Assembly: GCA_964016885.1 (NCBI GenBank)
Contig: OZ024742.1
Coordinates: forward strand, 342,860,001 to 342,924,000
Source of the DNA: Eledone cirrhosa
Lineage: Eukaryota
Direction of reading: 5' to 3'
Length of the DNA: 64,000 bases
Within the stretch, counting starts at the first letter, position 1; every line of letters begins with the position of its first letter. Shown in pieces: positions 25,617 through 39,319 of this stretch. Under the pieces are notes generated by a model. The model was not told the origin of the DNA. It made no database searches and worked only from the letters and a program-made list of their open reading frames with translations. The position numbers and the translations under genes were made by a program.

Positions 25617-28600
25617 GTGGTATGAAGTATGTGATCTACAGTGGTATGAAGTATGACAGCTCCAGTGGTATGAAGTATGTGATCTCCAGTGGTATGAAGT
25701 ATGTGATCTCCTGTGGTATGAAGTATGTGATCTACAGTGGTATGAAGTATGTGATCTACAGTGGTATGAAGTATGTGATCTACAGTGGTATATAGTATGT
25801 GATCTACAGTGGTATGAAGTATGTGATCTACAGTGGTATGAAGTATGTGATCTCCTGTGGTATGAAGTATGTGATCTACAGTGGTATGAAGTATGTGATC
25901 TACAGTGGTATGAAGTATGTGATCTACAGTGGTATGAAGTATGTGATCTACAGTGGTATGAAGTATGTGATCTACAGTGGTATGAAGTATGTGATCTACA
26001 GTGGTATGAAGTATGTGATCTCCAGTGGTATGAAGTATGTGATCTCCAGTGGTATGAAATTTGTGATCTACAGTGGTATGAAGTATGTGATCTCCAGTGG
26101 TATGAAGCATGTCATATCCTGTGGTATGAAGTATGTGATCTCCAGTGGTATGAAGTATGTCAGCTCCAGTGGTATGAAGTATGTGATCTCCAGTGGTATG
26201 AAGTATGTGATCTCCAGTGGTATGAAATATGTGATCTACAGTGGTATGAAGTATGTTAGCTCCAGTGGTATGAAGTATGTGATCTACAGTGGTATTAAGT
26301 ATGTCAGCTCCAGTGGTATGAAGTATGTGATCTCCAGTGGTATGAAGTATGTGATCTCCTGTGGTATGAAGTATGTGATCTACAGTGGTATGAAGTATGT
26401 GATCTACAGTGGTATGAAGTATGTGATCTACAGTGGTATGAAGTATGTGATCTACAGTGGTATGAAGTATGTGATCTACAGTGGTATGAAGTATGTCAGC
26501 TCCAGTGGTATGAAGTATGTGATCTACAGTGGTATGAAGTATGTCAGCTCCAGTGGTATGAAGTATGTGATCTCCAGTGGTATGAAGTATGTGATCTTCA
26601 GTGGTATGAAGTATGTGATCTCCATTGGTATGAAGTATGTGATCTACAGTGGTATGAAGTATGTGATCTACAGTGGTATGAAGTATGTGATCTCCAGTGG
26701 TATGAAGTATGTGATCTACAGTGGTATGAAGTATGTGATCTACAGTGGTATGAAGTATGTCAGCTCCAGTGGTATGAAGTATGTGATCTACAGTGGTATG
26801 AAGTATGTGATCTACAGTGGTATGAATTATGTTATCTACAGTGGTATGAAGTATGTCAGCTCCAGTGGTATGAAGTATGTGATCTACAGTGGTATGATGT
26901 ATGTGATCTACAGTGGTATGAAGTATGTCAGCTCCAGTGGTATGAAGTATGTGATCTACAGTGGTATGAAGTATGTGATCTACAGTGGTATGAATATGTG
27001 ATCTACAGTGGTATGAAGTATGTGATCTCCAGTAGTATGAAGTATGTGATCTACAGTGGTATGAAGTATGTGATCTACAGTGGTATGAAGTATGTGATCT
27101 ACAGTGGTATGAAGTATGTGATCTACAGTGGTATGAAGTATGTGATCTACAGTGGTATGCAGTATGTGATCTACAGTGGTATGAAGTATGTGATCTACAG
27201 TGGTATGAAGTATGTGATCTACAGTGGTATGAAGTATGTGATCTCCAGTGGTATGAAGTATGTGATCTCCAGTGGTATGAAGTATGTGATCTCCAGTGGT
27301 ATGAAGTATGTGATCTCCAGTGGTATGAAGTATGTGATATCCTATGGTATGAAGTATGTGATCTCCAGTGGTATGAAGTATGTCAGCTCCAGTGGTATGA
27401 AGTATGTGATCTCCAGTGGTATGAAATGTGTGATCTACAGTGGTATGAAGTATGTCAGCTCCAGTGGTATGAAGTATGTGATCTCCAGTGGTATGAAGTA
27501 TGTGATCTCCTGTGGTATGAAGTATGTGATCTACAGTGGTATGAAGTATGTGATCTACAGTGGTATGAAGTATGTGATCTACAGTGGTATGAAGTATGTG
27601 ATCTACAGTGGTATGAAGTATGTGATCGCCTGTGGTATGAAGTATGTGATCTACAGTGGTATGAAGTATGTGATCTACAGTGGTATGAAGTATGTGATCT
27701 ACAGTGGTATGAAGTATGTGATCTACAGTGGTATGAAGTATATGATCTACAGTGGTATGAAGTATGTGATCTACAGTGGTATGAAGTATGTGATCTCCAG
27801 TGGTATGAAGTATGTGATCTCCAGTGGTATGAAATTTGTGATCTACAGTGGTATGAAGTATGTGATCTCCAGTGGTATGAAGCATGTCATATCCTGTGGT
27901 ATGAAGTATGTGATCTCCAGTGGTATGAAGTATGTCAGCTCCAGTGGTATGAAGTATGTCAGCTCCAGTGGTATGAAGTATGTGATCTCCAGTGGTATGA
28001 AATATGTGATCTACAGTGGTATGAAGTATGTTAGCTCCAGTGGTATGAAGTATGTGATCTACAGTGGTATGAAGTATGTCAGCTCCAGTGGTATGAAGTA
28101 TGTGATCTCCAGTGGTATGAAGTATGTGATCTCCTGTGGTATGAAGTATGTGATCTACAGTGGTATGAAGTATGTGATCTACAGTGGTATGAAGTATGTG
28201 ATCTACAGTGGTATGAAGTATGTGATCTACAGTGGTATGAAGTATGTGATCTACAGTGGTATGAATTATGTCAGCTCCAGTGGTATGAAGTATGTGATCT
28301 ACAGTGGTATGAAGTATGTCAGCTCCAGTGGTATGAAGTATGTGATCTCCAGTGGTATGAAGTATGTGATCTTCAGTGGTATGAAGTATGTGATCTCCAT
28401 TGGTATGAAGTATGTGATCTACAGTGGTATGAAGTATGTGATCTACAGTGGTATGAAGTATGTGATCTCCAGTGGTATGAAGTATGTGATCTACAGTGGT
28501 ATGAAGTATGTGATCTACAGTGGTATGAAGTATGTCAGCTCCAGTGGTATGAAGTATGTGATCTACAGTGGTATGAAGTATGTGATCTACAGTGGTATGA

Positions 28601-31600
28601 ATTATGTTATCTACAGTGGTATGAAGTATGTCAGCTCCAGTGGTATGAAGTATGTGATCTACAGTGGTATGATGTATGTGATCTACAGTGGTATGAAGTA
28701 TGTCAGCTCCAGTGGTATGAAGTATGTGATCTACAGTGGTATGAAGTAAGTGATCTACAGTAGTATGAATATGTGATCTACAGTGGTATGAAGTATGTGA
28801 TCTCCAGTAGTATGAAGTATGTGATCTACAGTGGTATGAAGTATGTGATCTACAGTGGTATGAAGTATGAGATCTCCAGTGGTATGAAGCATGTCATATC
28901 CTGTGGTATGAAGTATGTGATCTCCAGTGGTATGAAGTATGTCAGCTCCAGTGGTATGAAGTATGTCAGCTCCAGTGGTATGAAGTATGTGATCTCCAGT
29001 GGTATGAAATATGTGATCTACAGTGGTATGAAGTATGTTAGCTCCAGTGGTATGAAGTATGTGATCTACAGTGGTATGAAGTATGTCAGCTCCAGTGGTA
29101 TGAAGTATGTGATCTCCAGTGGTATGAAGTATGTGATCTCCTGTGGTATGAAGTATGTGATCTACAGTGATATGAAGTATGTGATCTACAGTGGTATGAA
29201 GTATGTGATCTACAGTGGTATGAAGTATGTGATCTACAGTGGTATGAAGTATGTGATCTACAGTGGTATGAAGTATGTCAGCTCCAGTGGTATGAAGTAT
29301 GTGATCTACAGTGGTATGAAGTATGTCAGCTCCAGTGGTATGAAGTATGTGATCTCCAGTGGTATGAAGTATGTGATCTTCAGTGGTATGAAGTATGTGA
29401 TCTCCATTGGTATGAAGTATGTGATCTACAGTGGTATGAAGTATGTGATCTACAGTGGTATGAAGTATGTGATCTCCAGTGGTATGAAGTATGTGATCTA
29501 CAGTGGTATGAAGTATGTGATCTACAGTGGTATGAAGTATGTCAGCTCCAGTGGTATGAAGTATGTGATCTACAGTGGTATGAAGTATGTGATCTACAGT
29601 GGTATGAATTATGTTATCTACAGTGGTATGAAGTATGTCAGCTCCAGTGGTATGAAGTATGTGATCTACAGTGGTATGATGTATGTGATCTACAGTGGTA
29701 TGAAGTATGTCAGCTCCAGTGGTATGAAGTATGTGATCTACAGTGGTATGAAGTAAGTGATCTACAGTAGTATGAATATGTGATCTACAGTGGTATGAAG
29801 TATGTGATCTCCAGTAGTATGAAGTATGTGATCTACAGTGGTATGAAGTATGTGATCTACAGTGGTATGAAGTATGAGATCTACAGTGGTATGAAGTATG
29901 TGATCTACAGTGGTATGAAGTATGTGATCTACAGTGGTATGCAGTATGTGATCTACAGTGGTATGAAGTATGTGATCTACAGTGGTATGAAGTATGCCAG
30001 CTCCAGTGGTATGAAGTATGTGATCTACAGTGGTATGAAGTATGTGATCTACAGTGGTATGAAGTATGTGATATCCTGTGGTATGAAGTATGTGATCTCC
30101 AGTGGTATGAAGTATGTGATCTACAGTGGTATGAAGTATGTCAGCTCCAGTGGTATGAAGTATGTGATCTCCAGTGGTATGAAGTATGTGATCTCCAGTG
30201 GTATGAAGTATGTCAGCTCCAGTGGTATGAAGTATGTGATCTCCAGTGGTATGAAGTATGTGATCTCCAGTGGTATGAAGTATGTCAGCTCCAGTGGTAT
30301 GAAGTATGTGATCTCCAGTGGTATGAAGTATGTCAGCTCCAGTGGTATGAAGTATGTGATCTCCAGTGGTATGAAGTATGTGATCTGCTGTGGTATGAAG
30401 TATGTGATCTCCAGTGGTATGAAGTATGTGATCTCCAGTGGTATGAAGTATATGATCTACAGTGGTATGAAGTATGTGATATCCTGTGGTATGAAGTATG
30501 TGATCTACAGTGGTATGAAGTATGTGATCTCCAGTGGTATGAAGTATGTGATCTACAGGTGTATGAAGTATGTGATCTCCAGTGGTATGAAGTATGTGAT
30601 TACCTGTGGTATGTAGTATGTGATATCCTGTGGTATGAAGTATGTGATCTACAGTGGTATGAAGTATGTGATCTCCAGTGGTATGAAGTATGTGATAACC
30701 TGTGGTGTGAAGAATGTGATATCCTGTGGTATGAAGTATGTGATCTACAGTGCTATGAAGTATGTGATCTCCAGTGGTATGAAGTATGTGATATCCTGTG
30801 GTATGAAGTATGTGATATCCAGTGGTATGAAGTATGTGATCTACATTGGTATGAAGTATGTGATCTACAGTGGTATGAAGTATGTGATCTCCAGTGGTAT
30901 GAAGTATGTGATATCCTGTGGTATGAAGTATGTGATCTCCAGTGGCATGAAGTATGTGATCTACAGTGGTATGAAGTATGTAATCTCCAGTGGTATGAAG
31001 TATGTGATCTCCAGTGGTATGAAGTATGTGATCTCCAGTGGTATGAAGTATGTGATCTACAGTGGTATGAAGTATGTAATCTCCAGTGGTATGAAGTATG
31101 TGATCTACAGTGGTATGAAGTATGTGATCTACAGTGGTATGAAGTATGTGATCTACAGTGGTATGAAGTATGTGATCTCCAGTGGTATGAAGTATGTAAT
31201 CTACAGTGGTATGAAGTATGTGATCTCCAGTGGTATGAAGTATGTCAGCTCCAGTGGTATGAAGTATGTGATCTCCAGTGGTATGAAGTATGTGATCTCC
31301 AGTGGTATGAAGTATGTGATCTCCACTGGTATGAAATATGGGATCTACAGTGGTATGAAGTATGTGATCTCCAGTGGTATGAAGTATGTGATCTCCAGTG
31401 GCATGAAGTATGTGATCTACAGTGGTATGAAGTATGTAATCTCCAGTGGTATGAAGTATGTGATCTCCAGTGGTATGAAGTATGTGATCTCCAGTGGTAT
31501 GAAGTATGTGATCTACAGTGGTATGAAGTATGTAATCTCCAGTGGTATGAAGTATGTGATCTACAGTGGTATGAAGTATGTGATCTACGGTGGTATGAAG

Positions 31601-34600
31601 TATGTGATCTACAGTGGTATGAAGTATGTGATCTCCAGTGGTATGAAGTATGTAATCAAAGTGGTATGAAGTATGTGATCTCCAGTGGTATGAAGTATGT
31701 CAGCTCCAGTGGTATGAAGTATGTGATCTCCAGTGGTATGAAGTATGTGATCTCCAGTGGTATGAAGTATGTGATCTCCACTGGTATGAAATATGTGATC
31801 TACAGTGGTATGAAGTATGTGATCTCCAGTGGTATGAAGTATGTGATCTCCAGTGGTATGAAGTATGTGATCTCCAGTGGTATGAAGTATGTGATATCCT
31901 GTGGTATGAAGTATGTCAGATCCAGTGGTATGAAGTATGTGATCTCCAGTGGTATGAAATATGTGATCTACAGTGGTATGAAGTATGTGATCTACAGTGG
32001 TATGAAGTATGTGATCTACAGTGGTATGAAGTATGTGATCTCCTGTGGTATGAAATATGTCAGCTCCAGTGGTATGAAGTATGTGATCTCCAGTGGTATG
32101 AAGTATGTGATCTCCAGTGTTATGAAGTATGTAATCTACAGTGGTATGAAGTATGTGATCTCCAGTGGTATGAAGTATGTGATCTCCTGTGGTATGAAAT
32201 ATGTCAGCTCCAGTGGTATGAAGTATGTGATCTCCAGTGGTATGAAGTATGTGATCTCCAGTGGTATGAAATATGTGATCTACAGTGGTATGAAGTATGT
32301 GATCTCCAGTGGTATGAAGTATGTGATCTCCAGTGGTATGAAGTATGTGATCTCCAGTGGTATGAAGTATGTGATCTCCAGTGGTATGAAGTATGTGATA
32401 TCCTGTGGTATGAAGTATGTGATCTACAGTGGTATGAAGTATGACAGCTCCAGTGGTATGAAGTATGTGATCTCCAGTGGTATGAAGTATGTGATCTCCT
32501 GTGGTATGAAGTATGTGATCTACAGTGGTATGAAGTATGTGATCTACAGTGGTATGAAGTATGTGATCTACAGTGGTATATAGTATGTGATCTACAGTGG
32601 TATGAAGTATGTGATCTACAGTGGTATGAAGTATGTGATCTCCTGTGGTATGAAGTATGTGATCTACAGTGGTATGAAGTATGTGATCTACAGTGGTATG
32701 AAGTATGTGATCTACAGTGGTATGAAGTATGTGATCTACAGTGGTATGAAGTATGTGATCTACAGTGGTATGAAGTATGTGATCTACAGTGGTATGAAGT
32801 ATGTGATCTCCAGTGGTATGAAGTATGTGATCTCCAGTGGTATGAAATTTGTGATCTACAGTGGTATGAAGTATGTGATCTCCAGTGGTATGAAGCATGT
32901 CATATCCTGTGGTATGAAGTATGTGATCTCCAGTGGTATGAAGTATGTCAGCTCCAGTGGTATGAAGTATGTGATCTCCAGTGGTATGAAGTATGTGATC
33001 TCCAGTGGTATGAAATATGTGATCTACAGTGGTATGAAGTATGTTAGCTCCAGTGGTATGAAGTATGTGATCTACAGTGGTATGAAGTATGTCAGCTCCA
33101 GTGGTATGAAGTATGTGATCTCCAGTGGTATGAAGTATGTGATCTCCTGTGGTATGAAGTATGTGATCTACAGTGGTATGAAGTATGTGATCTACAGTGG
33201 TATGAAGTATGTGATCTACAGTGGTATGAAGTATGTGATCTACAGTGGTATGAAGTATGTGATCTACAGTGGTATGAAGTATGTCAGCTCCAGTGGTATG
33301 AAGTATGTGATCTACAGTGGTATGAAGTATGTCAGCTCCAGTGGTATGAAGTATGTGATCTCCAGTGGTATGAAGTATGTGATATTCAGTGGTATGAAGT
33401 ATGTGATCTCCATTGGTATGAAGTATGTGATCTACAGTGGTATGAAGTATGTGATCTACAGTGGTATGAAGTATGTGATCTCCAGTGGTATGAAGTATGT
33501 GATCTACAGTGGTATGAAGTATGTGATCTACAGTGGTATGAAGTATGTCAGCTCCAGTGGTATGAAGTATGTGATCTACAGTGGTATGAAGTATGTGATC
33601 TACAGTGGTATGAATTATGTTATCTACAGTGGTATGAAGTATGTCAGCTCCAGTGGTATGAAGTATGTGATCTACAGTGGTATGATGTATGTGATCTACA
33701 GTGGTATGAAGTATGTCAGCTCCAGTGGTATGAAGTATGTGATCTACAGTGGTATGAAGTATGTGATCTACAGTGGTATGAATATGTGATCTACAGTGGT
33801 ATGAAGTATGTGATCTCCAGTAGTATGAAGTATGTGATCTACAGTGGTATGAAGTATGTGATCTACAGTGGTATGAAGTATGTGATCTACAGTGGTATGA
33901 AGTATGTGATCTACAGTGGTATGAAGTATGTGATCTACAGTGGTATGCAGTATGTGATCTACAGTGGTATGAAGTATGTGATCTACAGTGGTATGAAGTA
34001 TGTGATCTACAGTGGTATGAAGTATGTGATCTCCAGTGGTATGAAGTATGTGATCTCCAGTGGTATGAAGTATGTGATCTCCAGTGGTATGAAGTATGTG
34101 ATCTCCAGTGGTATGAAGTATGTGATATCCTATGGTATGAAGTATCTGATCTCCAGTGGTATGAAGTATGTCAGCTCCAGTGGTATGAAGTATGTGATCT
34201 CCAGTGGTATGAAATGTGTGATCTACAGTGGTATGAAGTATGTCAGCTCCAGTGGTATGAAGTATGTGATCTCCAGTGGTATGAAGTATGTGATCTCCTG
34301 TGGTATGAAGTATGTGATCTACAGTGGTATGAAGTATGTGATCTACAGTGGTATGAAGTATGTGATCTACAGTGGTATGAAGTATGTGATCTACAGTGGT
34401 ATGAAGTATGTGATCTACAGTGGTATGAAGTATGTGATCGCCTGTGGTATGAAGTATGTGATCTACAGTGGTATGAAGTATGTGATCTACAGTGGTATGA
34501 AGTATGTGATCTACAGTGGTATGAAGTATGTGATCTACAGTGGTATGAAGTATGTGATCTACAGTGGTATGAAGTATGTGATCTCCAGTGGTATGAAGTA

Positions 34601-37600
34601 TGTGATCTCCAGTGGTATGAAATTTGTGATCTACAGAGGTATGAAGTATGTGATCTCCAGTGGTATGAAGCATGTCATATCCTGTGGTATGAAGTATGTG
34701 ATCTCCAGTGGTATGAAGTATGTCAGCTCCAGTGGTATGAAGTATGTCAGCTCCAGTGGTATGAAGTATGTGATCTCCAGTGGTATGAAATATGTGATCT
34801 ACAGTGGTATGAAGTATGTTAGCTCCAGTGGTATGAAGTATGTGATCTACAGTGGTATGAAGTATGTCAGCTCCAGTGGTATGAAGTATGTGATCTCCAG
34901 TGGTATGAAGTATGTGATCTCCTGTGGTATGAAGTATGTGATCTACAGTGGTATGAAGTATGTGATCTACAGTGGTATGAAGTATGTGATCTACAGTGGT
35001 ATGAAGTATGTGATCTACAGTGGTATGAAGTATGTGATCTACAGTGGTATGAAGTATGTCAGCTCCAGTGGTATGAAGTATGTGATCTACAGTGGTATGA
35101 AGTATGTCAGCTCCAGTGGTATGAAGTATGTGATCTCCAGTGGTATGAAGTATGTGATCTTCAGTGGTATGAAGTATGTGATCTCCATTGGTATGAAGTA
35201 TGTGATCTACAGTGGTATGAAGTATGTGATCTACAGTGGTATGAAGTATGTGATCTCCAGTGGTATGAAGTATGTGATCTACAGTGGTATGAAGTATGTG
35301 ATCTACAGTGGTATGAAGTATGTCAGCTCCAGTGGTATGAAGTATGTGATCTACAGTGGTATGAAGTATGTGATCTACAGTGGTATGAATTATGTTATCT
35401 ACAGTGGTATGAAGTATGTCAGCTCCAGTGGTATGAAGTATGTGATCTACAGTGGTATGATGTATGTGATCTACAGTGGTATGAAGTATGTCAGCTCCAG
35501 TGGTATGAAGTATGTGATCTACAGTGGTATGAAGTAAGTGATCTACAGTAGTATGAATATGTGATCTACAGTGGTATGAAGTATGTGATCTCCAGTAGTA
35601 TGAAGTATGTGATCTACAGTGGTATGAAGTATGTGATCTACAGTGGTATGAAGTATGAGATCTCCAGTGGTATGAAGCATGTCATATCCTGTGGTATGAA
35701 GTATGTGATCTCCAGTGGTATGAAGTATGTCAGCTCCAGTGGTATGAAGTATGTCAGCTCCAGTGGTATGAAGTATGTGATCTCCAGTGGTATGAAATAT
35801 GTGATCTACAGTGGTATGAAGTATGTTAGCTCCAGTGGTATGAAGTATGTGATCTACAGTGGTATGAAGTATGTCAGCTCCAGTGGTATGAAGTATGTGA
35901 TCTCCAGTGGTATGAAGTATGTGATCTCCTGTGGTATGAAGTATGTGATCTACAGTGGTATGAAGTATGTGATCTACAGTGGTATGAAGTATGTGATCTA
36001 CAGTGGTATGAAGTATGTGATCTACAGTGGTATGAAGTATGTGATCTACAGTGGTATGAAGTATGTCAGCTCCAGTGGTATGAAGTATGTGATCTACAGT
36101 GGTATGAAGTATGTCAGCTCCAGTGGTATGAAGTATGTGATCTCCAGTGGTATGAAGTATGTGATCTTCAGTGGTATGAAGTATGAGATCTCCATTGGTA
36201 TGAAGTATGTGATCTACAGTGGTATGAAGTATGTGATCTACAGTGGTATGAAGTATGTGATCTCCAGTGGTATGAAGTATGTGATCTACAGTGGTATGAA
36301 GTATGTGATCTACAGTGGTATGAAGTATGTCAGCTCCAGTGGTATGAAGTATGTGATCTACAGTGGTATGAAGTATGTGATCTACAGTGGTATGAATTAT
36401 GTTATCTACAGTGGTATGAAGTATGTCAGCTCCAGTGGTATGAAGTATGTGATCTACAGTGGTATGATGTATGTGATCTACAGTGGTATGAAGTATGTCA
36501 GTTCCAGTGGTATGAAGTATGTGATCTACAGTGGTATGAAGTAAGTGATCTACAGTAGTATGAATATGTGATCTACAGTGGTATGAAGTATGTGATCTCC
36601 AGTAGTATGAAGTATGTGATCTACAGTGGTATGAAGTATGTGATCTACAGTGGTATGAAGTATGAGATCTACAGTGGTATGAAGTATGTGATCTACAGTG
36701 GTATGAAGTATGTGATCTACAGTGGTATGCAGTATGTGATCTACAGTGGTATGAAGTATGTGATCTACAGTGGTATGAAGTATGTCAGCTCCAGTGGTAT
36801 GAAGTATGTGATCTACAGTGGTATGAAGTATGTGATCTACAGTGGTATGAAGTATGTGATATCCTGTGGTATGAAGTATGTGATCTCCAGTGGTATGAAG
36901 TATGTGATCTACAGTGGTATGAAGTATGTCAGCTCCAGTGGTATGAAGTATGTGATCTCCAGTGGTATGAAGTATGTGATCTCCAGTGGTATGAAGTATG
37001 TCAGCTCCAGTGGTATGAAGTATGTGATCTCCAGTGGTATGAAGTATGTGATCTCCAGTGGTATGAAGTATGTCAGCTCCAGTGGTATGAAGTATGTGAT
37101 CTCCAGTGGTATGAAGTATGTCAGCTCCAGTGGTATGAAGTATGTGATCTCCAGTGGTATGAAGTATGTGATCTGCTGTGGTATGAAGTATGTGATCTCC
37201 AGTGGTATGAAGTATGTGATCTCCAGTGGTATGAAGTATATGATCTACAGTGGTATGAAGTATGTGATATCCTGTGGTATGAAGTATGTGATCTACAGTG
37301 GTATGAAGTATGTGATCTCCAGTGGTATGAAGTATGTGATCTACAGGTGTATGAAGTATGTGATCTCCAGTGGTATGAAGTATGTGATTACCTGTGGTAT
37401 GTAGTATGTGATCTCCAGTGGTATGAATTATGTGATAACCTGTGGTATGAAGAATGTGATATCCTGTGGTATGAAGTATGTGATCTACAGTGCTATGAAG
37501 TATGTGATCTCCAGTGGTATGAAGTATGTGATATCCTGTGGTATGAAGTATGTGATATCCAGTGGTATGAAGTATGTGATCTACATTGGTATGAAGTATG

Positions 37601-39160
37601 TGATCTACAGTGGTATGAAGTATGTGATCTCCAGTGGTATGAAGTATGTGATATCCTGTGGTATGAAGTATGTGATCTCCAGTGGCATGAAGTATGTGAT
37701 CTACAGTGGTATGAAGTATGTAATCTCCAGTGGTATGAAGTATGTGATCTCCAGTGGTATGAAGTATGTGATCTCCAGTGGTATGAAGTATGTGATCTAC
37801 AGTGGTATGAAGTATGTAATCTCCAGTGGTATGAAGTATGTGATCTACAGTGGTATGAAGTATGTGATCTACAGTGGTATGAAGTATGTGATCTACAGTG
37901 GTATGAAGTATGTGATCTCCAGTGGTATGAAGTATGTAATCTACAGTGGTATGAAGTATGTGATCTCCAGTGGTATGAAGTATGTCAGCTCCAGTGGTAT
38001 GAAGTATGTGATCTCCAGTGGTATGAAGTATGTGATCTCCAGTGGTATGAAGTATGTGATCTCCACTGGTATGAAATATGGGATCTACAGTGGTATGAAG
38101 TATGTGATCTCCAGTGGTATGAAGTATGTGATCTCCAGTGGCATGAAGTATGTGATCTACAGTGGTATGAAGTATGTAATCTCCAGTGGTATGAAGTATG
38201 TGATCTCCAGTGGTATGAAGTATGTGATCTCCAGTGGTATGAAGTATGTGATCTACAGTGGTATGAAGTATGTAATCTCCAGTGGTATGAAGTATGTGAT
38301 CTACAGTGGTATGAAGTATGTGATCTACAGTGGTATGAAGTATGTGATCTACAGTGGTATGAAGTATGTGATCTCCAGTGGTATGAAGTATGTAATCAAA
38401 GTGGTATGAAGTATGTGATCTCCAGTGGTATGAAGTATGTCAGCTCCAGTGGTATGAAGTATGTGATCTCCAGTGGTATGAAGTATGTGATCTCCAGTGG
38501 TATGAAGTATGTGATCTCCACTGGTATGAAATATGTGATCTACAGTGGTATGAAGTATGTGATCTCCAGTGGTATGAAGTATGTGATCTCCAGTGGTATG
38601 AAGTATGTGATCTCCAGTGGTATGAAGTATATGATATCCTGTGGTATGAAGTATGTCAGATCCAGTGGTATGAAGTATGTGATCTCCAGTGGTATGAAAT
38701 ATGTGATCTACAGTGGTATGAAGTATGTGATCTACAGTGGTATGAAGTATGTGATCTACAGTGGTATGAAGTATGTGATCTCCTGTGGTATGAAATATGT
38801 CAGCTCCAGTGGTATGAAGTATGTGATCTCCAGTGGTATGAAGTATGTGATCTCCAGTGTTATGAAGTATGTAATCTACAGTGGTATGAAGTATGTGATC
38901 TCCAGTGGTATGAAGTATGTGATCTCCTGTGGTATGAAATATGTCAGCTCCAGTGGTATGAAGTATGTGATCTCCAGTGGTATGAAGTATGTGATCTCCA
39001 GTGGTATGAAATATGTGATCTACAGTGGTATGAAGTATGTGATCTCCAGTGGTATGAAGTATGTGATCTCCAGTGGTATGAAGTATGTGATCTCCAGTGG
39101 TATGAAGTATGTGATCTCCAGTGGTATGAAGTATGTGATATCCTGTGGTATGAAGTATGT
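25617..39160 (+). repeat. Tandem duplication, unit 6,788 bp (283 monomers minus four 1-bp deletions); the second copy is 48 bp shorter distally
   Basis: GTATGACAGC at 25651/32439, in-frame CAT ending 26110/32898, and deletions at 26994/33782, 28769/35557 and 29776/36564 are all offset by 6,788. The TAATCAAAG deletion at 31657/38397 is offset by 6,740. Confidence 0.93.
27860..29880 (+). repeat. 1,007-bp (42 monomers minus 1 bp) internal duplication; recurs at ~34.65-36.67 kb and, shortened to 671 bp, at ~41.5-42.4 kb
   Basis: The motif GAAGTAAGTGATCTACAGTAGTATGAATATG has its deletion at 28769/29776, 35557/36564 and 41674/42345. GAAGCATGTCATATCC, GATCTTCAG and GAATTATGTTATC recur at the same spacing. 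Confidence 0.88.
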
Positions 39161-39319
39161 GATCTCCAGTGGTATGAAGTATGTCAGCTCCAGTGGTATG
39201 AAGTATGTGATCTACAGTGGTATGAAGTATGTTAGCTCCAGTGGTATGAAGTATGTGATCTACAGTGGTATGAAGTATGTCAGCTCCAGTGGTATGAAGT
39301 ATGTGATCTCCAGTGGTAT

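Larger units (their letters stand above)
2..26110 (-). other. Stop-free minus-strand reading frame, (ILHTT[G/V]DH)n, at least 8,703 codons, running off the window start; probably non-coding
   Basis: There is an in-frame CAT at 26108-26110, and the same CAT starts the listed ORF 31609..32898 in the duplicate. No indel lies left of 26994, and I see no in-register TTA/CTA/TCA on the + strand. The ORF track omits it, consistent with there being no stop. The confidence value refers to it being a real gene. Confidence 0.07.
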
